From NCBI RefSeq assembly GCF_009914755.1, contig NC_060929.1: a stretch of 64,000 bases of DNA. One strand, given 5' to 3'. This document shows, piece by piece, positions 31,075-46,470 of the stretch (position 1 is the stretch's first letter; each line of letters opens with the position of its first letter). A program made the translations under genes and the position numbers. Source of the stretch: the human T2T-CHM13v2.0 reference genome, Homo sapiens. The notes beneath the pieces are model-generated. The model saw nothing but the letters and a program-made list of their open reading frames with translations. It searched no databases and was not told where the DNA came from.

Positions 31075-32060
31075 ACAACAATTTTAAACATCTTATATGT
31101 TTCAGGCATTTCCTTTACTGATGGGGAAATAAACACAGATATGGAAAAGTGCCTCCAGGGGCTTAAAATATAGTAGGAGGAATGAGTTGTATTTTCAATA
31201 TGAGAACCTTGTAAGTATCATAGATGCTTTGACAGAAATGTTGACATTTGGGGACAAAATAAAGGAGTGATCAACTTTGCCTGAGGGACTCTAGGAGGCC
31301 TTTGTTGAGAAGCAAGGGAGAAAAAAATGTTAAAGAACATGTAAGAATTCATGAAGATACTTATATGGGACATGGAGTTCTATGCAGAAGGAGGAGAACC
31401 ACAATACCATTGGTAGACATCGCAATGATTTTGCTGTACTTGGAATGTAGCTTGTGCATATGAACATGCGTGTAAATGTGTGTGTGTGCAGAAGTTAGTA
31501 ATAGAAAATGCACTCTTTGATCTTTATCTTTCTATCAATAGGACCAGAAACTGATTTAAGTAAGATGAACATGTTTCTATCTAAACGTCTAAATAGATTT
31601 CTTTCATTCCCCCATGAATAAAAAGATTAGTTGGAGGAAAATAACGTGTGAGGCTGGGAAAATAGCCTTTGCAGTGGCAAAAAGGAGTCAGGAAGAGGGC
31701 TGTATGGCAAATTCATAGGTGGAGAAAGGAAAATTTTAACCTGAGTTCTGGAAAAATCAGCAACCAGCCTTTGTGCCCTATTTGGCAAGGGGATGTCAAT
31801 AGGAATGGAAGCGGCGTTAGAAAAATCACAGATTTTTGCTTTAAGAAACTGGAAAGGAGAAAACATGAGTAGGCAGACTTTTGTTGGGAGCAAAGAAAGA
31901 ACTCAGCTTTAGACAGTGAATTTGAAAAGTCTATGGCATGTGCAGTTAGAATTGTCTACAAGACTAGAAAAATCTGCAGTGGTTACGTTGATTTAGGGCT
32001 AAGTTACAGTTGATGAGACTTTAGGGAAACTAGGTAAGGTATTACAAAAGAAGGTGAAGA
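31075..32060 (-). mobile_element. L2 fragments
   Basis: Purine-rich antisense L2-like blocks, e.g. gagtgatcaactttgcctgagggactctaggaggcctttg and gaactcagctttagacagtgaatttgaaaagtctatgg. Confidence 0.5.
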
Positions 32061-33215
32061 CAAATATTTAGAAAAACAGAAACATAATATAGAAACAACA
32101 GCATTCATGTGTTTTTTCTTTAATTAGGTACATTAGCGTGGCTAAAAATAGCATTATTTTAAACTTAAACTGAGGCATGTATGATTGGCTATGTAAAATA
32201 TTCCAAATTTTATTATCATTTTGTTCTTAAGAGTTATTCAAAAATTAACCACATGATGGTGCTATGCTACCAAATCATGTGAACTCATTTGTCAAGCGTG
32301 AAAAAAGAAAAAGAGTTTTACTGATTTACGGGTAAGTATAAAATATATATATGCTCAGTGGGACCAACTGGCACCTTAGCCGATTTGTTAAAAGGCTCTT
32401 TGTGAAGAGTAATATCATTTATCTCATACGTTTTTAAGGAAAAAGAAAAATTCTGCTTTGGATTTAATGTGATCACACAGTTATGTTAATTTGAAATAAA
32501 CTAATATTGCCAAGTAACATCAAAATGGTAAGCACTGTCTCTAATTCCAAAAAAGGTTTACTTTTAAAAAAACTAAATAGGAAATAACTTCACCACTCTT
32601 CATTTTAAACAGTTTCTAAGAGAAAGTTTTGTAGAAATGGTAGAGAACTGTTTGAAAAATTATACAGGATATTAAATTATTATTTTGGATAACAAGTATT
32701 CACTTAATTATTTTAATTATTTAAATTTTGCAATCACTTTGGAGAAAATTCAAGTGCTTCTATAACCATATTTAGATTTTGAGTCCTTGAAAACTTTTAA
32801 TTCGTGTAACTCACTATCCATGTTTACATATAAGAAGTATATATTTTATTCCCATTTATTCAGTAGCAAAAAAAACACTAGTGACTAAACACAAATTTCA
32901 TTTAGGTTTTCACTAAGAATGAAGCCATTGAATTTTAAAACTCTTATTCTGCCATTGTAAATGTAGCTCACCTCTTAATTTCTAGACAATTTGAATTTTT
33001 AAAAAACTTTATTCTGATTTTATTAGTGTTTTATTGCTATAACACCCAACACCATATAGGACAAGCTTTTTTTTTTTTTTTTTTACAGTTTTCTCAGAGT
33101 GGTAGGATGTGAGGGTGGAATAAAAGCAGTTTTTATTTTGTTTTGTTTTGTTTTACCAATATCTTATGCCTTGGAGCAATTTATAAAGCTTCATAATGTT
33201 CCTCTGAATTCGAAG

Positions 33216-33265
33216 TGTCACAGTGAAATGGCATTCTGTCACAGTGAAATGGCATTCTGTCACAG
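33216..33265. repeat. Perfect 21-bp tandem duplication (2.4 copies)
   Basis: tgtcacagtgaaatggcattc x2 followed by tgtcacag. Confidence 0.97.
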
Positions 33266-34379
33266 GGCTCATAAAGTGAATCAAAGTTAAGGTTAATAAA
33301 ATAAATAAAAATGCCTTTCTTCAGTCTTCTCAGTTAATCTAAACCTGACCATCATTTTTGTTTTCTCAAGCCCTCCCTCTATACAGGAAATAGACAGAGG
33401 AGAAAATAGTGAAAGAAAAGCAAATAAAAGATTTTGAAGATAAAACAGTAATAACAATATGTACTTCAGATCATTAGTATTTTAATGTATTCTTAAGTGC
33501 GTTAAAAAAAGAAAAACTCTGAAAACAAAGCATGTCATGCCTCATTCCTCTATTGCAGCTCAAAATCTGTTAGCTAAAAAATTAAAATAACTGGTGTTTA
33601 AAAAAGGACTACATATTCAAATGTAGAATATATATTTGGGACTTTCTAAATGCATTTAGTATACTTGAAATGTAATTTCTGTATGAATCTGATTTTATAT
33701 CAGAATTCTTGTATTGCAATATTGAAGGGAAAACCTTAACAAATAATTTAAGATCATTCTGGATCTGCAACACTACTGTTGATGTTTACATACACAGTTA
33801 TTGAGATACACCTAATTCTTTAAGGATTCCTAATGATAATTGCAAGATGAAGTTTTCTGAGAACTTATTGAATATATGCTTGAGTATAGTACTATTTTAC
33901 AGTCTTTACCCAAAAGCATTCTGTACTTAAAAAATTGTTGTAGTGTTTCAATTGATTTTGAATTTTTATGGGCTTTATTCAATGAGATATTTTCTCACAT
34001 TTTTATTAAGTCATACTATCATGTTTAATTGAGTAATGCATCTATGTACATGTGTGCATATAAACACAATACACGATACAATATATACAATAGATAGGTG
34101 GACAGTTTTTAAGTTTCATTACAAAAATGTCCTCCTGAGTTATTTTTTAAAGATTCAATAGATGTAGGGTGCAGGCTACAATGTTCTTTCTAATAGAACA
34201 CTAGGTTAGCATAGGGGATTGCCTCTAGTGGATCCATATTTAGAGATGAAAGCAAATTACAACACTGAAAGAAAATCCATGTGTTTTATTAGGCTCTGAA
34301 ATCTCAAATGCTTGGTGTAATTTACCAGATGATGATAATATTTATACAAATATGTTTTGGCTGTTCCTTTACAATTTAT

Positions 34380-35405
<1,026 letters not shown>

Positions 35406-35496
35406 TAGTGAAAGTTATGGACATTGAGCTTTACTTAGATAATGAATTTCAGGCCAGTAAAATGGACAACAATGATTCATCCACCACAGGAGAAAT

Positions 35497-35498
<2 letters not shown>

Positions 35499-35532
<34 letters not shown>
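35499..35532. repeat. (GT)17 microsatellite
   Basis: Read directly from the sequence. Confidence 0.95.
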
Positions 35533-35535
<3 letters not shown>

Positions 35536-37419
35536 ATTTGCAGATATACTTTCAAGATTATCTACCCTATCTAAATCTATTTTAATAAAAGTATTATATA
35601 ATTTTGCATATCTCAATTTTAATCCAGTTAAGAAGAATAAAAATTCTAAATAAACACAATAAATACAAAAAATAAATAACATGACTCATTCTCTGTAGAT
35701 GTTTCATAATGAAAAAGGCAGATATGTTCTTATTGCTTTCATGATAGTTGAACTTACATAACTGAATGATTACTTTCAAAGATTAATATGTTTTGATATA
35801 ATAAGATAAAGGACTATTATTAAACCACGCCTTTTTCAACTGTTTTAAAAATAAATAAGAATGACATACATTTTTCTAGATTGACACCTAGACATTGATT
35901 ACTTATTGGTATAGGTGGTAAATATGTGTAAATAAAAATGAAAACATAAACATAAAACTATGTGTGTGAATATAAAGTAAGTTACAATAATTAAATATAA
36001 ATAAGTATATAAACATAAATATATATAAAGTATATCTAGAATTGAATCTTTCGTACCTTAATTTTACTTTGGAAGTATACTTAATTTTATATTTAAATAT
36101 TATGACTTCTTAATTTAAAATATTTTTTATATTATTAATGATTTTTATTTGTTCCATTTGAATAGATGATTGTAACCCATTTAAATGTGATTTCTTTGTT
36201 GGAGACCTTCTTAGGGAAAAAATTAAGTGAGAAGACTTTACATTGATTTGGGACTAAAAGAAAAAGAGAAAAACAAACTAAATAACAATGAAGGAGTAAA
36301 GTTGATAAGAATTTGACATATTTTTCTAACTGTACTTTGCAAATTTAACATAAATGCTTAATTTAATAGAGTGGGATCATGTGGGTTAAATTAATTTCTA
36401 GACTAAGCGTAATTTTTGCACAATAGTAGAAATAAAAATATGATAATCTATTTGAAAAATGTGTTTCTTTTTAAGAGTATTTTCATTACCATATATATTG
36501 CTTCCTTGTTAAAATTCAGAATTCCTGAGCAAATATGGGAGGGGCAGACTGATTAATGGAACTAAATGCAAAGTATTTATTCTGGTTAAAATAATTACAA
36601 TGAGTAAATGAGTATTGTATACTGCAGTTTGGAGTATATTCTTCAAAATTCTTCAAAATGGAGTGTGTTTTGTAGAAGGGGAGGAAATGGCTGAACTAAA
36701 TGAGCTTCACTTTTCTGCCTTTACTTTGTTATTGGAAATTCCTATAATTTGCCTCACTATTATGGAAAAAATGTGCACACCTTAAATGCCATTATAATTT
36801 TTCTTTCTCACATTAACAGACTCCTTCATGTCACCACCCAACAAAAGACAAAACTACAGACACTGTAAATAATAATTTCTTCCTAATATTTCAACTAACT
36901 TTGCCCTCAGCAATCCTCTTTGGCTCTAATCCATATGTCATTACTAAACAGCTTCCCAGCACAGTCTGTCTTTCTCTCTCTCTCGGTTTCTTGGTAATTC
37001 TTTTTCACTTTCTTCCTTAAAGCTCTCTCACGTCCATTACTGGCCTTTCACATTTCTTCTAGTTCTCAGGTGTTTAGAGCTTACACGCATCAGTATGCTT
37101 CCACTGTGATATCAACCAACATTGTGGTGAATTAGATATTTATATCTTCAGAAGAACCATAAAAAGGCTCAATATCAAGACTGATGGGGTTAGAGTTACT
37201 TCTCAATCTTGTTTTTAAATTAATCTTTTGTCTATATTTATAGCAATAAAAAATTAGGTTACAATTAAACTCTGTAAGAATCTTTTTTAAATGATGTCAT
37301 CAAATTATCAGGCCTAATTGTTCAACATAAAATATATAATAGTTGAATCACAGAATAATAGCACCTATAGAAGTAAATACTCAGCATCACTAGGTCTTTT
37401 TTGTTTTCAATTTAAAATA

Positions 37420-38174
37420 CAGTTGACTCCTGAGCAACATGGGTTTGGACTGTGCAGGGCCACTTATATGTGGATTTTCCTCTGCCTCTGCCATCCCTGA
37501 CACAGCAATACCAGCCCCTCCTCTTCCTCCTTCTCCTCAGCCTACTCAATGTGAAGATGATGAGGATGAAGACCTTTATGATGATCCACTAGTGCTTAAC
37601 AAATAGTAAATACATTTCCTTTTGCTTATGATTTTCTTAATAACATTTTCTCCTCTCTAGCTTACTTTATTGTAAGAATACAGTATATACGGCTGGGTGT
37701 GGTGGCTTACGCCTATAACCCCAGCACTTTGGGAGGCCGAGGCAGGTGGATCACGAGGTCAGGAGTTTGAGACCAGCCTGACCAACATGGTGAAATCCCT
37801 TCTCTACTAAAAATACAAAAACTAGCCGGGCGTGGTGGTGCACATCTGTAATCCCAGCTACTCAGGAGTTTGAGGCAGGAGAATCCCTTGAAACTGGGAT
37901 GCAGAGTTTGCAGTGAGCTGACATCTCACCACTGCACTCCAGCCTGGGTAACAGAGTGCAACTCCATCTCAAAAAAAAAAAAAAAAAAAAAGAATAGAGT
38001 ATATACTATATATAAGATACAAACTATGTGTCAAATGTTTATGTGATTGGTGAAGCTTCTGGTCAAGAGTAAGCTATTAGTACGGAAATTTTGTAAGATC
38101 CAAAAGATACATGCAGATTTTTGACGGCATGGAGTATCAGTACCCCAACTCTCACATGGTTCAAGGGTCAACTC
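37420..38174 (+). mobile_element. Tigger2a (MER28), complete, interrupted by an Alu
   Basis: TA|cagttgactcctgagcaaca...ttcaagggtcaactc|TA; internal cctcagcctactcaatgtgaagatgatgaggatgaagacctttatgatgatccac. Confidence 0.9.
37691..37990 (+). mobile_element. Alu (AluSg-like) in Tigger2a
   Basis: ggatcacgaggtcaggag diagnostic; TSD agaatacagtatatac / agaatagagtatatac. Confidence 0.95.
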
Positions 38175-38282
38175 TATTGCTAATTGAAGGAAAATTAAAA
38201 TTACTTGTCATTTTCAATATTTATTTTTTATCTTCTTTAATTATTATTTAGTAGTCAACTGTCCCAACATTTGTCTATATAC

Positions 38283-38470
38283 CTTTTTCAATTTGATGAC
38301 TCCCTCTTGTGTATCCTCATCTGTGACGATGTCAAACAAATTTCCCCCATCTCCTGGAACAATATTGTATTCAATTTCTGCATTTTGTCCAAAATCAGGA
38401 TCCACAGCTCTTATTCTTCCAATAGCTGAACCAATAGGGGAAGACTCAGGAACTTTCAAGTGGAAGATGC
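38283..38470 (-). CDS. CDH12: Cadherin-12 coding exon (probably exon 9), 188 nt, phase 1-0; N-terminal part of EC3
   Basis: (S)[62 protein letters not shown]. Acceptor gtcttatcag|GC, donor AAAAAG|gtatat. Joins the previous exon as A|GC (Ser). Confidence 0.96.
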
Positions 38471-38847
38471 CTGATAAGACATATAAAATTTGAATTGACA
38501 GTGGGGTTAGTAAGAGATATAGTAAGATTACAAGGCTTGAAAAATAGAGTCCACTGAAAGTAAATCACATTTAGAACATTATAGTGCAAATTGAAAAGGC
38601 AATTTGCTGTCAAGTTAAGGATTATGATTAGGAGTAATAACTTCACTTTTCTCTTCAATATGTGCTGCTCTAGAATTTTAACTGGGCATTATAAATAGTA
38701 GAGAATGCTAAAGTAAAATTATTAGCAGGACTTGTTTTACACACTTATATGGCATAAAAGTGTACCACATATCAAATGGGAGGGTGGGACTATTCATGAA
38801 ATTAATTGGTACTAATAATACAGGTTGCAAGACATAGATAAAAAGTT

Positions 38848-38914
38848 ATAGATACATAGATAGATGATAGATAGATGATAGATAGATAGATAGGTGATAG
38901 ATATATAGATATAG
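38848..38914. repeat. Imperfect (GATA)n tetranucleotide repeat
   Basis: atagatacatagatagatgatagatagatgatagatagatagataggtgatagatatatagatatag. Confidence 0.9.
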
Positions 38915-39183
38915 AAAGTTGAGGTTATATTTCCTAAAACTAATGACTTCAATAAGTATACATCATTAAACTAAAAATAACCTGTAAAATAATTTGTATA
39001 ATCAAAATTCTAGTCGATGATAGATTGAAATATAGTATATTATAGACTAAGATTCAGCTTATATTTAGTGAATTTTAACTTGTCACCTTTCTATATACTT
39101 TTACTGATATTTTAAATCATAAAGTTCTGTCTCCCGAAGTTTTTTAATAGCATTAAGAAAAAAAAGTAAAATGCTTATTTTTA

Positions 39184-39197
39184 CCACCAGGTGGAGC
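39184..39197 (+). promoter_or_regulatory. Candidate CTCF-binding core
   Basis: CCACCAGGTGGAGC versus the CTCF core CCASYAGRKGGCRS (one mismatch), isolated in very AT-rich DNA. Confidence 0.45.
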
Positions 39198-42100
39198 GTT
39201 TATATTACTATGAAATTTATACTGAATCAGCAAAACTTAGATAAAACATTTCAGAATCATGGAAAATTGTAATACTCTACAAAAAAATAAAAACATAGAC
39301 ATTATTTTAAGGTTTTGTAGAATTTTTCAAAGTTTGACACACAAGAAAGATATAGTGCATGCTCTTTTACTGACATTTCATTAAAGCAAATATTAATGAG
39401 TTTAACAACAGTCTGTTCAAATTCAAATGAGGAAAGGAAATGAGAGAAAATAAAAATTAAGAAACAAAACTAAACACCAAAATCTAAAGTTTCCATTTTG
39501 ATACTGGAGTTCCACTTTCAGTTTCTCTTACCGGATTTAGAATGGCTCTTTCCCATGGGTAAATCAACCATGGTGATTCATTCGTTTTAGAATTTTAGTT
39601 ACATTTGTGGAAAATAAATTAAGAAGTTACTATAAATGTCTGTTGCATAGGGAAGTTCATTAAAAAATCATGTTACAATATTACAGTTATTTTCTCCAAG
39701 AAGGTGTGAGAAAAAAATCAATCACATCTTGTAGAGATTCTGCCAGATATTTTCTTTTTGATTTCCCATTATTTTTTGAGGTCCTGTAGTTCTTTCACAA
39801 TCAGTTTCAAAACTTGGTAATTTCATTAGCATGGGAAGCAGTTAAATCTCCCTTCTTCCCTCCTTCCCCCAGAAAATGGTATCTACCATTTATCTTGAAT
39901 ATGCAGATCAGCCGTATTTAAATCCAACATATTATCTCCATGGAACATATATGTGATTTGGTCTCAAGAGAGCTAAATACTCAACTAAAGTTTGTTTATT
40001 TTACATATAAGACAAAATGATACTTTACAGTGGTCCACAAGAGTTATATTTAAATAATTAGCTTAGTTAATTCATACTTTCAAAGAGGGTATGAGGAATC
40101 TTTCTCAAAAATGCACTTAAAAGTTTAAATAAATAAAAAAATAAACATTATAGACCTAACAACAACAACAAAAAACTCCTTCCAAGTCACAATGCTAAAA
40201 TGTTACATAGATATTATGAAGGAATCTCAGTTAAGGAAAGTCACATTAATTGATCAAAGTAGTAATTTCTCATAGGGTAGGATTATTGTTTTATTTTTAT
40301 TTCCTAAGCACTTAACATAGTAGCTGTCATTTAGGGATGCTTAATGTTTGCTGAACTTAAAGCAGTGATTGAATTTGAGGCAATCAAATCAAAGAAGAAA
40401 AACAAAAGAATGGGTTACATTGCATTCCTATTTTCTACCAGAAGGATAAAGCCAGATATTCAGGAGGAATCTATCTGATTTCAAATAGCCTTAATTACAT
40501 AAGCAGAATCTATCATGGCTTTTGGAACTACTTTCTTTAGATCATAAATATTTCTTAATAGATAAATTAAACCATGATCCTAGTGAGGCACTCCTGAGAT
40601 ATTAGGAAATATAAGGGTCCCTGAACTTCTGTTTAATGAGGCAAGAAAGCATGTGACAAAGTTATTACAGTTGTACTAAACTTAAGGACAAATTCCAAAG
40701 AAAAAGGACAAGGCACAGAACGTGTAATTTTTCATTTTCCTTTTTTTCTTCTAAAATGCCCGTTAAATGGAAATACGATTTATCAGAAACTGTGTTTGTA
40801 TCTTTTGCCTCTTGTTGTGTGATTGTGATGAAGTATCTGAGGAACATCAAAAGCTTTGAATTCACGGTACGATTGGTCATAGTCCAAACTCGTGGCTCAT
40901 AAATGAGTGTTAGAAAAAGTCTAAATTTTTTTTCTAATAAAAGAGAGAAATGGAAGTCGATGTTGAATAGTGTACTAGAAATCCTTCTTGATTAGGACAT
41001 TTAGTAGGAAACTTAGGGGTAAACATTATCAAGGAAATAACTGAACAAGTGTTCAGAGAGACAGAGAGCCGTCAAGTATAGTGGATTTCAAACTTCAAAT
41101 GTGGCCAGCAGTGGGAGTGGTAAGGGTGAAACAGTGAGAGTCATAAGGAGCGGAGTAGTATGAGAATTTTAGGAACACATGTGCATCTCACTTAAAGAGC
41201 TGGGGACATTTCTGTTTATTCCATCCAATCCATTCAATGAGAGCCAGTTGAAGTTACATATTAGGTTTATGAGTTAGCTTTACATTTACATTTGGATGGT
41301 TAAAAGCAAAAGTAAAGGAAATTACACATCGATGAAAATGATAGAGCCTGGAGTCCTCTCTAATGGATTATGGTTAGTGAAGGTGAAGAGTTTAGCCAGA
41401 GTTGAGATCCTCCAATATGGGGGAAAAAAAATTAAAGCATTGAAAGGTAATCCAAAGGGCATCAGATAATTCAAACTGCAGATGAAAGAGCCCCCTTTCC
41501 AAGACAATAATATGCTGAGATACGAACTTTATGTTCTATAAAAGAACATTTTATGGGGCTAGTCACAATAAATGTAAAGAAAGCTATTCTTTGTAGTATT
41601 CTATCAATTTAAGTTAAATAGGGTGTTTTGTTTTAAGTTGTCAGCATAGAGAGTGCCAACAAATTCCATTTTTATCTAATGGCATTGAAAAATTGTGATA
41701 AATTGAAATAATAGCATTGTCCAATAATGATTGATTTACTAGCATTCCACTAACATGCACCCCTTCAAAATTAAGATAAAAGTAAAGCAATGATTACTTT
41801 TTGTGTGTGTTAAGTTTTAGTGCATGTGAAATGCAAATATACAGAGCAATAGATTTTCTACTCTTTACACAGCAGACATACATTTTAGTAAGGTGGAAGA
41901 CACGTTCATTAAGATAAGTGTTTCTTAATAAAATATTACAACTGGTAATAAAGTCTGCAGAATATGGAACAAGTCAGAGAAACTATGCATTTGTCATGTC
42001 AGATTGTTTAGGTTCTGTCGGTTTATTTCCAATGACTTGACATTTTATCATGTCTGGAATCTCAACAGCAATAAAGCTGAGGTCATTCAGATTAATTCAA

Positions 42101-43361
42101 AACTGTGAAGTAATCTTCAGCTATGCCAAAGTTGGATTGTTCATGATGTACTGTGTAATTACACCGCCACCGTCTTCCAGGTGTCCTACTTTTGATGCAT
42201 ATGAAACATCTTAATGGCACTACCTGTACCACACAAATTGAGAAATAAAACAGGTGACAAGAGATTGTCCACAGTCAATAAAAATATATATTTACAATTC
42301 ATCAAATATACCTATTGTGCTTAGCCAAAATCTTCATTTTCCCATAGAAAAGGAGGAAATTGCATGCAGTGAACTAATTATAATGATCATATTCTTAAAT
42401 ATAATATTCCCTGTTAGTTCCAAGAGTAGAAAAAAATCAGGTAGTTATAAGCTAAGTATCCTCTCAGTAACTATGTCATTTGAAAAGATACTGATTAGGA
42501 CTTAAACTGTGTGTCGGGCGGGGAGAGTGGGGACAGGTAGGGGACATGCATTGCTACTTTAAAAAAAAAGGATGTAAAATATATTTACCTTCCTTTTTTT
42601 GTTTATTGCAGGAAATTTCCAGATACTGATGAAAACACCAAACTAAATATATTTACTTGACAAAATATAAATGAAGATCTTTACTTAAAAATAAAGATTA
42701 TAGGACCTGAACAAATATATTAAGTGAATGAATGACTTTAAAAATACCACAACATTCAATGACACCAATAGCAAGTTAAAAAGAAGATAAAATAATCCAT
42801 TACAAACTCACTTTTGAAATACATTTTATTTTATCTTTATGTAACAATAATTCTAAAGTTACTTAAAAAAAAGGAAGTCAATGTTTAACTGCAAATAAGT
42901 TACCTAAATACAAGTAACTAATGTGAATATAATTCATATTTAATAATACAAGAACACTAGAAATATTGGAGGGCTTAAGAACAAATTATTTCAAATTGAT
43001 GAAAATGTTAAACATTTTTAAAAACTCAAAAACATACACTTGATTCCAACTAAATAGACTATGATTTGAAATATTACATTTCAATTTAAACTTCAAAAAA
43101 TAAATATAGCACTGAACTATTGATTCAGTAATTGAATTCAAACATTAAATTGTTCAAATGATCCTGCATACTTTTTGTGTGTGTGAGTGATTTACCTTCT
43201 AATGGCTTAGAAATAAAATTTTGTTGTATCAATATTTTATTTTTTTAAATTTCTTAAATATGTATCACACAAAATTATTTCACCTTACTTAAACAACACG
43301 AAAAGGAAATACAAGTAAACAACATATTGTGTGAGTAAAAAGAAACTTTATAGAAATTGTG

Positions 43362-43515
43362 TACCTGTAGCTCTGTGACCCTGGGCAAAATATTTTAAAC
43401 ATCCCTCTTTTCCTGATCTTTTAAAATATCTCTCTTTTCCTGATCTGTAAAATTAGTATAACAATATCTACTTTATAGATTTGTTTTTGAAAGTCACTTA
43501 TACAAAAGTGCATGA
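43362..43515 (+). mobile_element. MIR with an internal ~26-bp diverged duplication
   Basis: tagctctgtgaccctgggcaaaatattttaa...ttttcctgatctgtaaaattagtataacaatatctactttatag; ctcttttcctgatc occurs twice. Confidence 0.75.
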
Positions 43516-46163
43516 AACTCATTCAGTATTATTTATTACTAGTTAACTTTATAATATTTGTATAGTCTATATGTATTATAATTTTTCCTATCAGAATGGC
43601 AATAGCCAATAGGAAACTGTCTATAGAGGTGTGGAGATGAAAGAAAGACAGATCTTAAAAGAGTTCTAAAAAGTCGTTTTAATTTTAATTAAAATATTTT
43701 CCCATATCTTTAAAATTGGAGGATTCAGGAAGAAAAAAAATGTTTTGGTGGTGGAAGAACATTTTATGCCCTCTATTTCCTTAAAAGCCTGAGGCTGTAT
43801 TTTCAATATGCCCAAATTAAAGTAATAGAAATGTTGTCCATAAGAAAGAACTATCCTGATAACAAAGCTGGGTTCAAGCTGGATTTTAGTCAAGCATACT
43901 AAACATACAGTGAATGGAATCTCTCAGTAATAACAGAAACATCCACTGCTGCTCATTCCCAGGATGAGGCTAGGATGGGCATAGTTTTTAAGTGTCAAGT
44001 ATTTGGCACTAGAGCTTCACTTTATTGGTTAAATTACTTCGCTTTTGAGATGTTATATTTGCCCATTCTCGATTTTAACTAACCATATACATGAATAAGA
44101 ATTGCCATGCACACAATATCCGTCATATTAATGAATTAAGATTTATAAATTTTCTGTAACAATAGCAATATTTCTTGTCTCTGAACAATGAGAAATTTAT
44201 TCCTGTAAACTTTTTTCTAGTTCTGAGCAGCTAAACGCAATAGAAAAATTTAAGGCTCGATATTAAATTGTCTTTCAAAAATTATCTTTGCATAGTAGAT
44301 TAATTGCTGAATTTTCCGGTATCTCAGATTATTGATATTTGATTCAACTACAGTTTTTAGTGGTCTCCTTCATGGAATGACAAGGAAAAACACATAAACA
44401 AAAAGACAAGTGTTTTTCTTGATGGCATTTATGGTCTAGTGGGAGAGAAGTCAATTAAACAATCACACAAAAAAGTAAAATAGCAGAAAAAAACACCAGC
44501 GCTCTAAAGGAAAGTTACACAATTCTATTCAATGTTTAAACTGAGAATCCGAGCTGAGACAATACCATTGGGTTCTGTGAGGTCAGCTAATAGAAAACAT
44601 TCCAAACAGAAGTAACCATATGACAAAGGTGATATGATCATAGTTTCCTGTCTTACCAGTTTGTTTGTTCAATAACTCCCACTGGGACCTATCATCTCTA
44701 ATGTCAGAAGCACCTCTAGTATATTAACCTATAGCCTATATAGCTTGGCCATGTACTTTTGTTGCTGCAATTTGGCAAACCCTAACTCTTGATGATGATA
44801 ATTATCTTCCTTCTAAAGGAGGAGGGATGGTTTACTGAGGAAAACCATAGAGAAGCAACTAGATATTACTATAAATTATGATCATTAACTTTGAATGCCC
44901 CTTCAAAATTGCTTAAAAAGCACACAGATTTGCAAAGGTAACTGACTACCATTCTCTGTGACTTCTATTTTGAACTGATCTACTGTCCTTAAATATCTGC
45001 TTAAGTACTCCCTTTACTACTTCCTTTCTCAGTTGGTGACCTTGCCTTGTAGTTCACAGAAAAAGAAAAAAAAATGATGTTGCACAGGAGATTGCTCAGC
45101 TTCCCCAACCTTCAAAGGATCCTACATCAGTGTGACTCACAGTTTGAATAATCATAACATGTAAGATATGATACAAACTTTTTTTTTTATTTGTCTGTCA
45201 CTCTTCCTTTAGACTTTCTTCTGTCGGGGTATGCTTTGTCTTTTCTTGGATGAAGACAATGGTGAGTAAATGATGTTTCTTCTCACTATTAAATAATAAT
45301 CCTATGTTCACTTTAATTCTAAAAACATAGATTTGGAAGTTAGACATTTCCAATAAATCATATTAACTAGCACATCAATCCATATGCAAAATTAAGACTT
45401 CTCCCCTTGGCCACCCCACCCACGTCCAAGCCAATTAGAGCCAGCAGCAGATGGGACATTGAGTTGGGATCTGGATGGATTAGCAGCCTTTCTCTGTCCA
45501 AATTTTTAATTTTTTTTTCATCATCTCCTTTCCTGGGGTGTTTTCACCTCACCATTGGAGGCAGCAAAGTTAGGAGGCTGGACTGTTCTTACTTGATGAT
45601 GTGGTTTTTGCTTCTCTGGAGCTGCACAGTGCACTTGGGGGCAGCTCTTGGAAGTTTCTCTTGCAGCAGCCTCCACACCAATGGCATTGCCTCTGCTTTG
45701 ATGGACTATGACCTCAGCCTCCAGATTTCAGGCGACCCACTCCACAGGCAGATTCTCGCTTCAAGGAGAATCTCTTTGGCAGGACTTAACATAATGTTGG
45801 GTTGGTTTTCCCTTCTGCTTACTCATTTCTTGCCATTCCTTTTGTTGTCATACAATTAGTTTCCCAAACACAGCCTTGTTCTCTTTTACTTTCTCTGCTG
45901 TTTTCAGGAGATTTTAACTTTCCTCAGCATGAGACGCATATCATTCCATGAATTTCCCCCATTTTCTGGGAAAATATATTAGAGTTTATTGTTTGTCTTA
46001 GCTAAATGGAAGGCCCCATTCACCAAACTTGAGAGGAGTAGGAAGGACAATCCTACCACTCACTTTTAGTAGACAGGGACTACACATGGCTTTCTCCAAA
46101 GAAATCCTCTGCACATAATTTTCCCTCTACTTCACACTCTACAAAACATGCTTTAAAAGACTA

Positions 46164-46470
<307 letters not shown>

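Noticed and set aside
34219-34236. Second CTCF-like motif (minus strand CCACTAGAGGCAA)
   Set aside because: One base short in the core G-run, so a poor match.
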